Part shown: piece by piece, positions 9,124 to 17,537 of the stretch
Position numbering within the stretch: the stretch's first letter is position 1
Layout: every line of letters starts with the position of its first letter
Assembly: GCA_963743305.1 (NCBI GenBank)
Contig: CAVUPH010000014.1
Location: 320,001 to 384,000, forward strand
DNA length: 64,000 bases
From: an uncultured delta proteobacterium
GTDB taxonomy: Bacteria > Desulfobacterota > RBG-13-43-22
Direction of reading: 5' to 3'
Translations under genes and position numbers: made by a program
Notes under the pieces: model-generated
The model's input: only the letters and a program-made list of their open reading frames with translations
Databases searched by the model: none
What the model was told of the DNA's origin: nothing

Positions 9124-9972
9124 CAGTGAGGGTTGTATGGCCAGCGCGGAGGCTTCCGCGCTGCAATCGCGCGCAGGTTTCAAGCCCTTTCCCCGGACGT
9201 CAGCGAGTTCGGCTTTGGCGGCCTCCAGATCGGCGCGGAACGCCGGCTCGGCGTGCAGTCGAGCCACGGTGGCCGCGGCCATTAAACGGCCCTGAATCAC
9301 GTCGCTATGCCAATGCACGTTACAGACATTACGGCTCTCTCCAAAGGCTCGACCCCGCAACAGGATAGCATCGGTCTGCTCCGGCGAAATCTCGGAAAGG
9401 ACCAGCGCCCAACCCCAACCGATGGCGGTATGCCCGGACGGATAAGAACCATCTTTTCTCAGATGTGCTTCCTCAGCCGGAGTGCAGATGGGCTCCTTGT
9501 TCACTTGAAAAGGGCGCGTGCGCTGGTAATGATTCTTGGCAGCATAGGTAGAAAGGCCCACATCAGTCAACGTTCGGCGCAGCAGCAAGTACAAATGCGG
9601 CGTTTCTTCTTCGGTGATCGGGGCCTGCAAGGCGCAGGAAAATGTGCCGGCCGCGTTCGGAAAGGACAGATCGGCGTCGGAAACAGCCAGCGACCAGCGC
9701 GCCGTGCCTCGTAAAGTGAAACTTCTCCGGCTGATGTCCTCATCGAGCGCGAAGGCGGCCGAACCTGCCGCAGGGGGAGGCGGAACCAAGACCTGACTGT
9801 TCGGGAGCGCTTGGGACTTTAGATAGCCCGCGAGAATTCCCGGACGAACCTCGGGCACGGCGGCAGACTGGTTCCGGATTTCGTGCCCGGCACAACCGAC
9901 CAGGATCGCAACGATCATCAGTGCCGGCAAAAGCCTGCGCCATCCATCCTTGTTAGTAATATTCACGATCAT
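9115..9972 (-). CDS. Class A non-specific acid phosphatase (PAP2 family), lipoprotein
   Basis: KNHYQRTRP, YPSGH, SRNVCNVHWHSD motifs; lipobox LVGC. Confidence 0.9.
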   Translation of the reverse strand: MIVNITNKDGWRRLLPALMIVAILVGCAGHEIRNQSAAVPEVRPGILAGYLKSQALPNSQVLVPPPPAAGSAAFALDEDISRRSFTLRGTARWSLAVSDADLSFPNAAGTFSCALQAPITEEETPHLYLLLRRTLTDVGLSTYAAKNHYQRTRPFQVNKEPICTPAEEAHLRKDGSYPSGHTAIGWGWALVLSEISPEQTDAILLRGRAFGESRNVCNVHWHSDVIQGRLMAAATVARLHAEPAFRADLEAAKAELADVRGKGLKPARDCSAEASALAIQPSLTQ

Positions 9973-10077
9973 ATAATTTCCTTTCGTCCCCTTAATATCC
10001 CCGTCGCATGCCGCGGGGTCATAGTGCTTCCGGCTTTGAGGAGAACCCCCCATTGAGCGCAGGTAGCCCTCTATCAA

Positions 10078-10130
10078 TCAGCTGAAATCGGCCGCGAGTG
10101 AAACGAGCCAGCTGGATTTTTTTGTTAGCC
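10078..10130 (-). mobile_element. attC-like site with the R' box lost
   Basis: GGCTAAC-5 nt-AATCCAGC...GCCGATT-5 nt, then TGATTGA instead of GTTRRRY; 10 nt after the protease stop. Confidence 0.55.
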
Positions 10131-10140
10131 GATAAGCCAC

Positions 10141-11049
10141 TTAAAATCCTCTTTGCTTTTTCATTTCATCAGAAAATAGTAATTCATGAACTTTGTATGC
10201 GGGCACAATAGCAGCAATCCCCATATTCGAAATCGAAAAAGGAGTTTTTTTTGTTTCAATTATTCTTATTTCTTGCGCATCTTGAAATGTTCCTTGCATA
10301 ACTCCAGCAAGTTTAAGGACAGGATTGCCCACGCTTAAAACTCCTGGAGTACGATCGCTCCCCAAGTAAAAAAAGACAGGTGATCCGCTATTGCCTCCAT
10401 AGGAGGCTGCTTCAATAAGGTAAAGAGACATGGGTTTACCCTGCCATTCAATTTTTTCGTCAGTTACCAATGCAACGCGTCCAAACCGGACAACAGGGTA
10501 ATTCTTTTCTGATCCGAGATACGGTGTAAACAAACCTGTAAAGAAAACGTCTGAACCTTCTCGTATATTGAGTTTTTTATAGTCTTCCTGCGTTGTAATG
10601 TATTCGTCAGGAAGAAACTTAAAATCAAACTGCGTTTGATCGGGTAAAAAGGGTATTGCGACTACATCAACAGCGGGATCACTATGAAAAAATACCGTCT
10701 TATTTTCGCCCTCAACCCTAATTGGGATTGGTCCTATTTTGGAGCCTCCCTCCCTCTTGTTTATGCGGACATAAACCTTGTCCCAAAATTCAGTAGAGTT
10801 AGGTTTGCGCAAAACATGCTTCGCTGTAATAAGATATACTGAAAAAGTTGCCGGCTCAGAGGAGTTTTTCACGCCTACAAAAAAGGCAGTTCCGTTAGGA
10901 ATTAACTTTCCATCTTTTTCTATAAATATGAAGACGACAACAGACTTAACTTCTGGGGGGATAGGACTCGCATTAGCTTGTCCTCCTGCAATTACGGTAT
11001 ACAACAATAATGCCGCAATTATAGATGAAAAATATTTAATTTGCATCAT
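10141..11049 (-). CDS. Secreted trypsin-like serine protease, AT-rich
   Basis: TAKHV (His), DVVAI (Asp), GNSGSP (Ser); signal peptide; GGAGGAG RBS. Confidence 0.8.
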   Translation of the reverse strand: MMQIKYFSSIIAALLLYTVIAGGQANASPIPPEVKSVVVFIFIEKDGKLIPNGTAFFVGVKNSSEPATFSVYLITAKHVLRKPNSTEFWDKVYVRINKREGGSKIGPIPIRVEGENKTVFFHSDPAVDVVAIPFLPDQTQFDFKFLPDEYITTQEDYKKLNIREGSDVFFTGLFTPYLGSEKNYPVVRFGRVALVTDEKIEWQGKPMSLYLIEAASYGGNSGSPVFFYLGSDRTPGVLSVGNPVLKLAGVMQGTFQDAQEIRIIETKKTPFSISNMGIAAIVPAYKVHELLFSDEMKKQRGF

Positions 11050-11151
11050 CTCCTCCGGCCAACAAGTTATTCTATGGTTTATTGCGAATTCCAAACATCC
11101 CAGAGTTTTCCAGCGGCCCAAACAAAAATAAATCTACATTGCTCGTCCCGA

Positions 11152-11193
11152 GCCCAACTAGACATATCCTACTTAAATCATTAAAAATGTCAA
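11152..11193 (-). promoter_or_regulatory. Sigma70-like promoter followed by a GTTGGGC core (attI-like)
   Basis: TTGACA-16 nt-TAGGAT, then 7 nt, then GTTGGGC. Confidence 0.45.
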
Positions 11194-11526
11194 CAAATCT
11201 CCTGGTGAATCTTTCGTTGCCGAGTAAATTTGATCTTTCCTGATATCATGTCTAATATATGTTTATATTAAGATGAGGATGACTCTTAATACCGGCCATC
11301 CTTCCTGCGGTTCAGTCAAAATTTGAAGTCTGTTTGCGAATTAGAACCAGTCCAGGTAGACAGCAAAGGAGGCCAGGAGTCCCCTGGGCTTTTGAAAAAT
11401 CTTAGAGGGCCTTGGATCCGACCCAAAACGGGCGTTTATTTTCTCTTAAGAAAACCGGCCCTCTCCGGCCAGGTTGATCCATATTTTTAAAGCCTTACCA
11501 TAAACCGTAACGGGAAGGAGGATTTC

Positions 11527-11555
11527 TTGTTTCATCTTTTTGTTTTGGTTATAAT
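11527..11555 (+). promoter_or_regulatory. Sigma70-like promoter
   Basis: TTGTTT-17 nt-TATAAT upstream of the ORF at 11623. Confidence 0.5.
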
Positions 11556-11622
11556 TCTTTTAGTTTAAGAGATATCCGGCAACCCAATCTAACGGAAGAA
11601 ACATTTATAAGGAACCAGGATC

Positions 11623-11862
11623 ATGAGAGCAATCGCCCTGAAAAGGCAGGCAAAAAAAGCCATAGATGAACTGACCGAAGAAAAGGTTAGAGTAGCCATA
11701 GATTTCATTGAATACCTGAAATCCAAGGAAGAGATGGAAGCCACATTGGAAATCCTTTCCAGCCAGGAACTGATGGCCCAAATCCAAGCCGCTGAAAGGG
11801 CCTTAATAAGTGGGGCGAAGACGGAGTTTATATCCTGGGAAAAAGTCAGGCGGGATGTATAA
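11623..11862 (+). CDS. Putative antitoxin
   Basis: 79 aa, DFIEYL...EATLEILSSQELMAQI...ISWEKV; overlaps a RelE-like start. Confidence 0.7.
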   Translation: MRAIALKRQAKKAIDELTEEKVRVAIDFIEYLKSKEEMEATLEILSSQELMAQIQAAERALISGAKTEFISWEKVRRDV

Positions 11863-11941
11863 GTTCTCGATTCATAGAAAAGCCTCCAAGTATTATCAGA
11901 CTGTCGACGATAATACCGCTTTTGAGCGCGTTTCGCCGTAA
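11855..11941 (+). pseudogene. Truncated RelE/ParE-like toxin
   Basis: MYKFSIHRKASKYYQTVDDNTA resembles a RelE N-terminus; stops after 28 aa. Confidence 0.55.
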
Positions 11942-12024
11942 TGTAATCTCCTTCTTAAGCTTTGGTTTTTCAAAGTTCTTCCCTTTCCAAATCCCAGTTT
12001 AACAACCCCCTTGGCCCTAATTTT

Positions 12025-12168
12025 GATGGTTTCGCAAAAAGTCCCCAGCGCTGTCATTGCGAGGAGTGAAGCGACGAAGCAATCCCCAAGAATCAGCTAG
12101 TTACCATGGTGGGGATTCGCTTCGCTTCGCTCGCAATGACAGGTTTTTGGACTTTTTGCGAGGTTGTC
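12025..12168 (+). mobile_element. MITE-like element, cargo type A (REP-like hairpin)
   Basis: TIRs GATGGTTTCGCAAAAAGTCC / GGACTTTTTGCGAGGTTGTC; flanking direct repeat AATTTT; internal GTCATTGCGAG...CTCGCAATGAC. Confidence 0.85.
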
Positions 12169-12341
12169 AATTTTTATCCTGGCTGCAATTCAGTATGGCC
12201 CTGCACGCCCCGGAGATCAAATACCAGGGCCCACGCTTGGCGCCCAGAACGTATTCCTGGAACGGAACCATTGACTTTCCGACCGAGGGTGGTAAGCTAG
12301 TGACCATGTCGTTCTCCAGAACGGCCAATAGGGGATATCCC

Positions 12342-13913
12342 ATGAGCAAAAAATCCAAAGCCATTCGACTCGGCATCGATTTCGGGACCACCCGCACGGT
12401 AGTCGCGTCCGTGGAAAACGGGAACTACCCGGTCTGCACCTTCTCCTGGGAAGACGAAGTGAAGGAGTACATCCCCACCCTGGCGGCCGTTGACCAGGGG
12501 AAACTCCTTTTCGGCTGGGAGGCGGCGAAGCGGCTCCAGGACCCGGAAGCGCGGGTCCTGCGCTCCCTGAAACGTCTGCTCGGCCAGGTTCGACCCGATG
12601 ACCTTTTGGAACTCGCCCCGGGTTTCTCCCTCCCGGCCCTGGAGCTGGTCACCCTGTTCCTGGCCCACGTCAAGGAAATGCTTATCCGCCACAGTCCGCT
12701 TAACCTCCCCCGGGGTCGGCCCCTGGAAGTTCTGGCCGCGGTCCCGGCCAACGCCGGCAGCAACCAGCGCTTCATCACCCTGGAGGCCTTTCGTCGGGCC
12801 GGCTTTCAGGTCCGGGGATTGATGAACGAGCCTTCGGCCGCCGCCGTGGAATTCGTACACCGCTATTTGCGCGATCTCGGACCCAAGAGCCCCAAAAAAT
12901 ACCTGGTGGTCTATGACCTGGGCGGCGGCACCTTTGATACCTCGGTGGTGGGTTTCGCCGAGAGCCACTTCGACGTCATCACCCATCAAGGGATCAACCG
13001 GCTCGGCGGGGATGACTTCGATCAGCTCATTCTGGAAATGGCCCTGGAAAAATTGAGCCTCTCCCGTGTAGAACTGCCTCCCGGCTTAGAACCCCGGCTG
13101 CTGGAGGAATGTCGGGAACGCAAGGAGGGTCTGAAGCCCAACACGCAGAAGATGATGGTGGAGCTGGCCCTGAAAGAAGGAGAAGAGCGGTCCCTCATCC
13201 TGGGAACGAAGGAGATCTATGCCCGCTGTCTGCCCCTGATCGAGCGCAGCCTGGCGCTGGTCCATAAGGTAATGGACGACCTGCAACAGGTCGGGATTGA
13301 TTCCGAAGACAGCCAACGCTTCGCGGCCGTCTATCTGGTGGGAGGCTCGGTGGCCTTCCCCCCGGTCTCCCGTCGATTGCGGGAACTCTTCGGACGCAAG
13401 GTCCGGATCTCGCCCTATCCCCAGGCCGCCACGGCCATCGGCCTGGCCGTCAGCACCGACCCCCAGGCCCGGATTTCAATCCGGGAGGCGGTTACCCGCC
13501 ATTTCGGGATCTGGCGGGAAGGGGAGGACGGGCGCGAAAAGATCTTCGACCCTATTTTTCGCAAAGACAGCCTGCTGGAAACCGGGGCGGGGGGGCCGGA
13601 GGTTGTTCGGGACTATCATCCGGTTCATAATGTGGGCCACCTACGTTTCCTGGAGTGCAGCGCCCTGGGGGAGGCCGGGGAACCCCAAGGCGACCTGTTC
13701 GTCTGGGAGGATGTTTATTTCCCTTATGACCCTCAATTGGAGCTGGAACCGGACCTGGCCCGCGTCTCCCTGGAAAAACGACCGGACCTGGCCGGGCAGG
13801 AAATCCGCGAGATCTACTCCTATGACCCACGGGGGATCATCACCGTTCAAGTTGAGAATTGTTCAGCCGGCTACCGCAGAGAATATACCTTCGACAGCAA
13901 ACCCCGAAAATAG
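12342..13913 (+). CDS. Hsp70-family (DnaK-fold) ATPase with divergent C-terminus
   Basis: GIDFGTTRT, VPAN, NEPSAAA, YDLGGGTFD, GGDDFD, LVGGS. The ORF-track upstream extension runs through the MITE and is not used. Confidence 0.85.
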   Translation: MSKKSKAIRLGIDFGTTRTVVASVENGNYPVCTFSWEDEVKEYIPTLAAVDQGKLLFGWEAAKRLQDPEARVLRSLKRLLGQVRPDDLLELAPGFSLPALELVTLFLAHVKEMLIRHSPLNLPRGRPLEVLAAVPANAGSNQRFITLEAFRRAGFQVRGLMNEPSAAAVEFVHRYLRDLGPKSPKKYLVVYDLGGGTFDTSVVGFAESHFDVITHQGINRLGGDDFDQLILEMALEKLSLSRVELPPGLEPRLLEECRERKEGLKPNTQKMMVELALKEGEERSLILGTKEIYARCLPLIERSLALVHKVMDDLQQVGIDSEDSQRFAAVYLVGGSVAFPPVSRRLRELFGRKVRISPYPQAATAIGLAVSTDPQARISIREAVTRHFGIWREGEDGREKIFDPIFRKDSLLETGAGGPEVVRDYHPVHNVGHLRFLECSALGEAGEPQGDLFVWEDVYFPYDPQLELEPDLARVSLEKRPDLAGQEIREIYSYDPRGIITVQVENCSAGYRREYTFDSKPRK

Positions 13914-13921
13914 TCGTTGCC

Positions 13922-14000
13922 AATAGTTTCGCTATAAGTCCTCGGGTCTGTCCTTGCGAGGAGTGAAGCGACGAAGCAATCCCCAAGAATCAGCTACTTG
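13922..14000 (+). mobile_element. Truncated, degenerate type A MITE copy
   Basis: AATAGTTTCGCTATAAGTCC (16/20 match to the TIR) followed by TTGCGAGGAGTGAAGCGACGAAGCAATCCCCAAGAATCAGCTA, identical to the 12.0 kb copy. Confidence 0.75.
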
Positions 14001-14133
14001 ACCCAAATCTGCGCAAGGAGGTTAAAACATCGGTAGCGTCGAGGTTTCCGGAAATGCCTGCATCCAGAAACAGGTCGAGAGTCTCTATCTGATTCAGATG
14101 ATTCGTTTCAAAAAAAACCAATTTACGGCCTTA

Positions 14134-14175
14134 TTGACATCCACTCTTCCTTACGATATATTGACAAAGTAAGGA
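14134..14175 (+). promoter_or_regulatory. Sigma70 promoter overlapped by an inverted-repeat operator
   Basis: TTGACA-17 nt-TATATT; TCCTTAC...GTAAGGA inverted repeat spans the -10. Confidence 0.65.
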
Positions 14176-14200
14176 GATTTTTTCAGAGAGGAGATCCGGC

Positions 14201-14434
14201 ATGCAATCGACCATTACCTCTAAATTTCAAACGACCATTCCCAAAGCCATCCGGGAGAATCTGGCGCTGGTGGTGAACGACACCCTGGAATGGAAGGTCG
14301 ACCACGGGAAAATCATAGTCTCCCCAAAACAAAAAAATTTCCTAAAATATCAGAACAAGGTAAAGGTCGGAAAAGGGGACATCGAGGCGGACATTACCTT
14401 AGCCAGAGACTTATGCCTGGAGGATCATCGGTGA
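14201..14434 (+). CDS. AbrB/MazE-type antitoxin
   Basis: STITSKFQTTIPKAIRENL...LEW. Confidence 0.85.
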   Translation: MQSTITSKFQTTIPKAIRENLALVVNDTLEWKVDHGKIIVSPKQKNFLKYQNKVKVGKGDIEADITLARDLCLEDHR

Positions 14435-14856
14435 AAAAATACATAATCGATACCAACGCCTTGATTTCCTTTGTAACCGACAGGAACCTGAAACAACAGC
14501 AGATCATGAAGGCTGTCTTTGAAACCGTTTCGCTGCTGAAAGGGATCATTCTCTGCCACTCCCATGTACTGACCGAATTTGTCTATGTTATGGAAAAAAT
14601 CTATCAGGTACCCCTGGAGGAGATCAAGGAAATGGTCATGGATTTTATGATCCTGCCGGGAGTGAGGGTCGTCCAGGAGATCAACTTTAAAGCCGTCTTC
14701 GACTACTGGCCGAAAGTTATTGCCGATTTTGGCGACGCCCTGGTCGCGGCCCTCTGCAAAGCGCAGAAGGGTTCCGTTCTCTTGACCTTTGACCAGAAAT
14801 TAATCAGGCAGATTGAAACCGCAGGGCTAACCGCTTATTCTCAGGAATCTAATTGA
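14431..14856 (+). CDS. vapC: VapC-type PIN-domain toxin
   Basis: YIIDTNALI...LTEF...DFGDAL...LTFD; GTGA overlap with the antitoxin. Confidence 0.85.
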   Translation: MKKYIIDTNALISFVTDRNLKQQQIMKAVFETVSLLKGIILCHSHVLTEFVYVMEKIYQVPLEEIKEMVMDFMILPGVRVVQEINFKAVFDYWPKVIADFGDALVAALCKAQKGSVLLTFDQKLIRQIETAGLTAYSQESN

Positions 14857-14998
14857 TGGTTACCATAATCCGGAAACTGAATTCCTCTTTATAGGTAAAA
14901 TCAAACCGGGGCGGGTTAATCCCCCCCGGCGCCCTGCCTTTGAGGTGTTGGGGTATTTCCCCGCGATAACATGACTTCTTAGATACCAAAGCTTCCCT

Positions 14999-15130
14999 TT
15001 ATATCTTCGGTCTGATGATCTGCTGTTTGGGAAAATAGGTCTGGTACCGCGCCCAATCCCTATCCAGGATGATGTTGCTGTCCACCAGGATATCCAACGC
15101 TCATCCCCGGGACAGGGCCATAATTTCCTC
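14999..15130 (-). pseudogene. Remnant vapBC: antitoxin tail plus internally deleted PIN gene
   Basis: EEIMALSRG* followed by (M)DILVDSNIILD fused directly to RDWARYQTYFPKQQIIRP*. Confidence 0.6.
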
Positions 15131-15215
15131 TTTTCCTGCTTGACGGCTGACTTGCTTTTCAATACATTAACCTATTCAACGGCAATTAAAATTTTGGGCC
15201 AGGGGGAAGTCAACC

Positions 15216-16388
15216 ATGGGAAAAAGAGGGTTTGCGGGTTTATTGACAGGTCTTTTGGTTTTAAGTTGGGCGGCATTGGGCTTGGCGGCCGAGGTCATCA
15301 AAGTGGGGTTCAACATCCCCCTGACCGGCGACATCCCCAAAGTGGGCGAAGGGTCCAAGTACGCCGGGGAGATGCTCAAGGAACGGATTAACAAGTCCGG
15401 CGGATTGAAGGTCGGCAACAAGACCTATAAGCTCGAGTTTGTCTACCAGGACAATGAGTCCAAGGCCGAATCGGCCACGGCCGTGGCCTTGAAGCTGATC
15501 GCCCAGGACAAAGTCCTGGCCATCATCGGCCCCCAGTCGAGCAAGCAGGCCATCCCGGCCGGAGAGGTCAGCGACGCCAACAAAACGGTGATGATCACCG
15601 CCTGGTCCACCAACCCCAAGACCACCCTGAACCGCCCCTGGGTCTTCCGGGCCTGTTTTCTGGACGACTTCCAAGGTCCGGTCCTGGCCAAGTTCGCCAC
15701 CCAGGAACTGAAGGCCAAAAAAGCCGCGGTCCTTTATGACATCGCCAGCGACTATCCCAAGGGCCTGGCCGAATTTTTTAAGGCGGCCTTCCAGAAAATA
15801 AACGGCGCCGGTTCCGTTGTGGCCTTTGAGACCTTTACCACCAAGGACCGGGACTTCAGCGCCCAGTTGACCAAAATCGTGGCTTCCAAGGCCGATGTCC
15901 TCTTCACCCCCCAGTACTACGATGAAATTCCCCTAATCGTGAAACAGGCCCGGGAATTAGGCTGGAATAAACCCGTCCTGGGCAGCGATTCCTGGGGCTC
16001 GGCGGAACTGATGAAGCTCTGCGGTAACGACTGCAAAGGCTACTATTTCAGCACCCACTACGCAGCCGCCGGGGCCAAGGGCGCCACCAAGGAATTCATC
16101 GACAGCTACAAGGCCAGGTACGGCTACGAACCCGACGATGTGGCCGCCCTGACCTGGGATGCCGCCCGTTTGCTCTTGCAGGCCGTCCAGAACACCAAGG
16201 GTCTAAGCGGCAACCTGGTCAAGGACCGGCAGTCCGTCCGGGACCAACTGTCCAAGATCCGGGGCTTTGACGGCATCACCGGCAAGATGACCTTTAACGG
16301 CAAGACCGGCGATCCGCAGAAGTGCGCGGTGGTGGTCAAAATCGGACAGGACGGCAGTTTTCAGTTTTATAAGTCGGTCTGCCCTTAA
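15216..16388 (+). CDS. livK: Branched-chain amino acid ABC transporter substrate-binding protein
   Basis: Signal peptide, IKVGFNIPLTG, VFRACFLDDFQG, DFSAQLTKI. Confidence 0.88.
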   Translation: MGKRGFAGLLTGLLVLSWAALGLAAEVIKVGFNIPLTGDIPKVGEGSKYAGEMLKERINKSGGLKVGNKTYKLEFVYQDNESKAESATAVALKLIAQDKVLAIIGPQSSKQAIPAGEVSDANKTVMITAWSTNPKTTLNRPWVFRACFLDDFQGPVLAKFATQELKAKKAAVLYDIASDYPKGLAEFFKAAFQKINGAGSVVAFETFTTKDRDFSAQLTKIVASKADVLFTPQYYDEIPLIVKQARELGWNKPVLGSDSWGSAELMKLCGNDCKGYYFSTHYAAAGAKGATKEFIDSYKARYGYEPDDVAALTWDAARLLLQAVQNTKGLSGNLVKDRQSVRDQLSKIRGFDGITGKMTFNGKTGDPQKCAVVVKIGQDGSFQFYKSVCP

Positions 16389-16397
16389 AAGGCAACT

Positions 16398-16510
16398 CAC
16401 CGCAAAGGCGCAAAGAACGCAAAGGAAAAAAAACATGTTTTTTGGGAGAAGCGGCGGCCGCCGCTTCTCCCAAAATAAGATTTCTTTGCGCCCTTTGCGT
16501 CTTTGCGGTG
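16398..16510. repeat. Nested palindrome with 3x CGCAAAG units per arm
   Basis: CACCGCAAAGGCGCAAAGAACGCAAAG ... CTTTGCGCCCTTTGCGTCTTTGCGGTG around a perfect central palindrome. Confidence 0.85.
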
Positions 16511-16535
16511 CAAAATTAATTCCGGGAACTCATCC

Positions 16536-17468
16536 TTGACCTTATCCCTATTCCTTCAAAACCTGATCAACGCCCTCCAGTGGGGCAGCTTCTACGCCCT
16601 GATCGCCTTGGGTTATTCCATGGTCTACGGGGTGCTGCTGCTGATCAACTTTGCCCACGGCGATATCTTTATGGTGGGGGCCTACTTCGGTTTTTTTATT
16701 TCCGCCTTCCTCTTGGGCGCTTACGCCTTGAAGCTGCCTTATACCCTTTCCCCGGAGATGGTCTTCTTCCTGACTCTCCTCCTGACCATGGCCCTGACGG
16801 CCGGGGTGGGAGTGACCATCGAACGGATCGCCTACCGGCCCCTGCGTCGAAAAGGGGCCAATCGACTTTACGTGGTCATTACGGCCCTGATGGTGGGATT
16901 GATCCTGGAGAACGGCAACCTGGCCCTGTTGGGCGCCAGTCGAAAGAATTTCCCTGAGTTGATTCCCCGGGTGATATACCACTGGGGGGGAATCACCTTC
17001 AGCAACCTCAAGATCGTCGTTATCGCCACCACCCTGCTGGTCTTTTTGTTACTCCAGATCGTGGTCCGCAAGACCCGCTGGGGGTTGGCGATGCGGGCCA
17101 TTTCCTATGACCGGGTGGCGGTCCCGCTGATGGGCATCCCGGTGGACAGCGTCATCGTCGTCACCTTCGCCCTGGGCTCCGCGCTGGCCGCCGTGGCCGG
17201 GATCCTCTTCGCCCTCTCCTACCCGGTGCTGGAACCCTATATGGGGGCCCTCATCGGCTGGAAGGCCTTTATCGCCGCCGTGGTCGGCGGGATCGGGGAA
17301 ATCCGCGGAGCCTTTGTGGGCGGATTTTTACTGGGCTTCATCGAGATCTTCTCGGCCACCGTCTTTCCTTCCACCTACCGGGACCTGATCAGCTTCGGCA
17401 TTCTGATGGCTATTCTCACTTTTAAACCCACCGGGATCTTCGGCCTGGCCCGGCGGACCAAGGTCTAG
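16536..17468 (+). CDS. livH: BCAA ABC transporter permease
   Basis: YALIALGYSMVYG..INFAHGD, KAFIAAVVGGIG; TTG start estimated. Confidence 0.9.
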   Translation: MTLSLFLQNLINALQWGSFYALIALGYSMVYGVLLLINFAHGDIFMVGAYFGFFISAFLLGAYALKLPYTLSPEMVFFLTLLLTMALTAGVGVTIERIAYRPLRRKGANRLYVVITALMVGLILENGNLALLGASRKNFPELIPRVIYHWGGITFSNLKIVVIATTLLVFLLLQIVVRKTRWGLAMRAISYDRVAVPLMGIPVDSVIVVTFALGSALAAVAGILFALSYPVLEPYMGALIGWKAFIAAVVGGIGEIRGAFVGGFLLGFIEIFSATVFPSTYRDLISFGILMAILTFKPTGIFGLARRTKV

Positions 17469-17537
17469 CCAAAAATTCTTCAAATTTTTGGCTGAAAGTA
17501 AAAACCAAAATTTGAGCGGCGAGCGCATCTATTACAA

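Noticed and set aside
11152-11180. Possible dif/Xer site (ACTAGACATAT...)
   Set aside because: Only one arm loosely matches; better explained as a promoter plus GTTRRRY core
12057-12341. N-terminal extension of the Hsp70-like ORF
   Set aside because: Translates the MITE; homology starts at ATG 12342
16398-16510. Possible CRISPR array
   Set aside because: Short 9-bp units in inverted arrangement, no spacers, no cas genes
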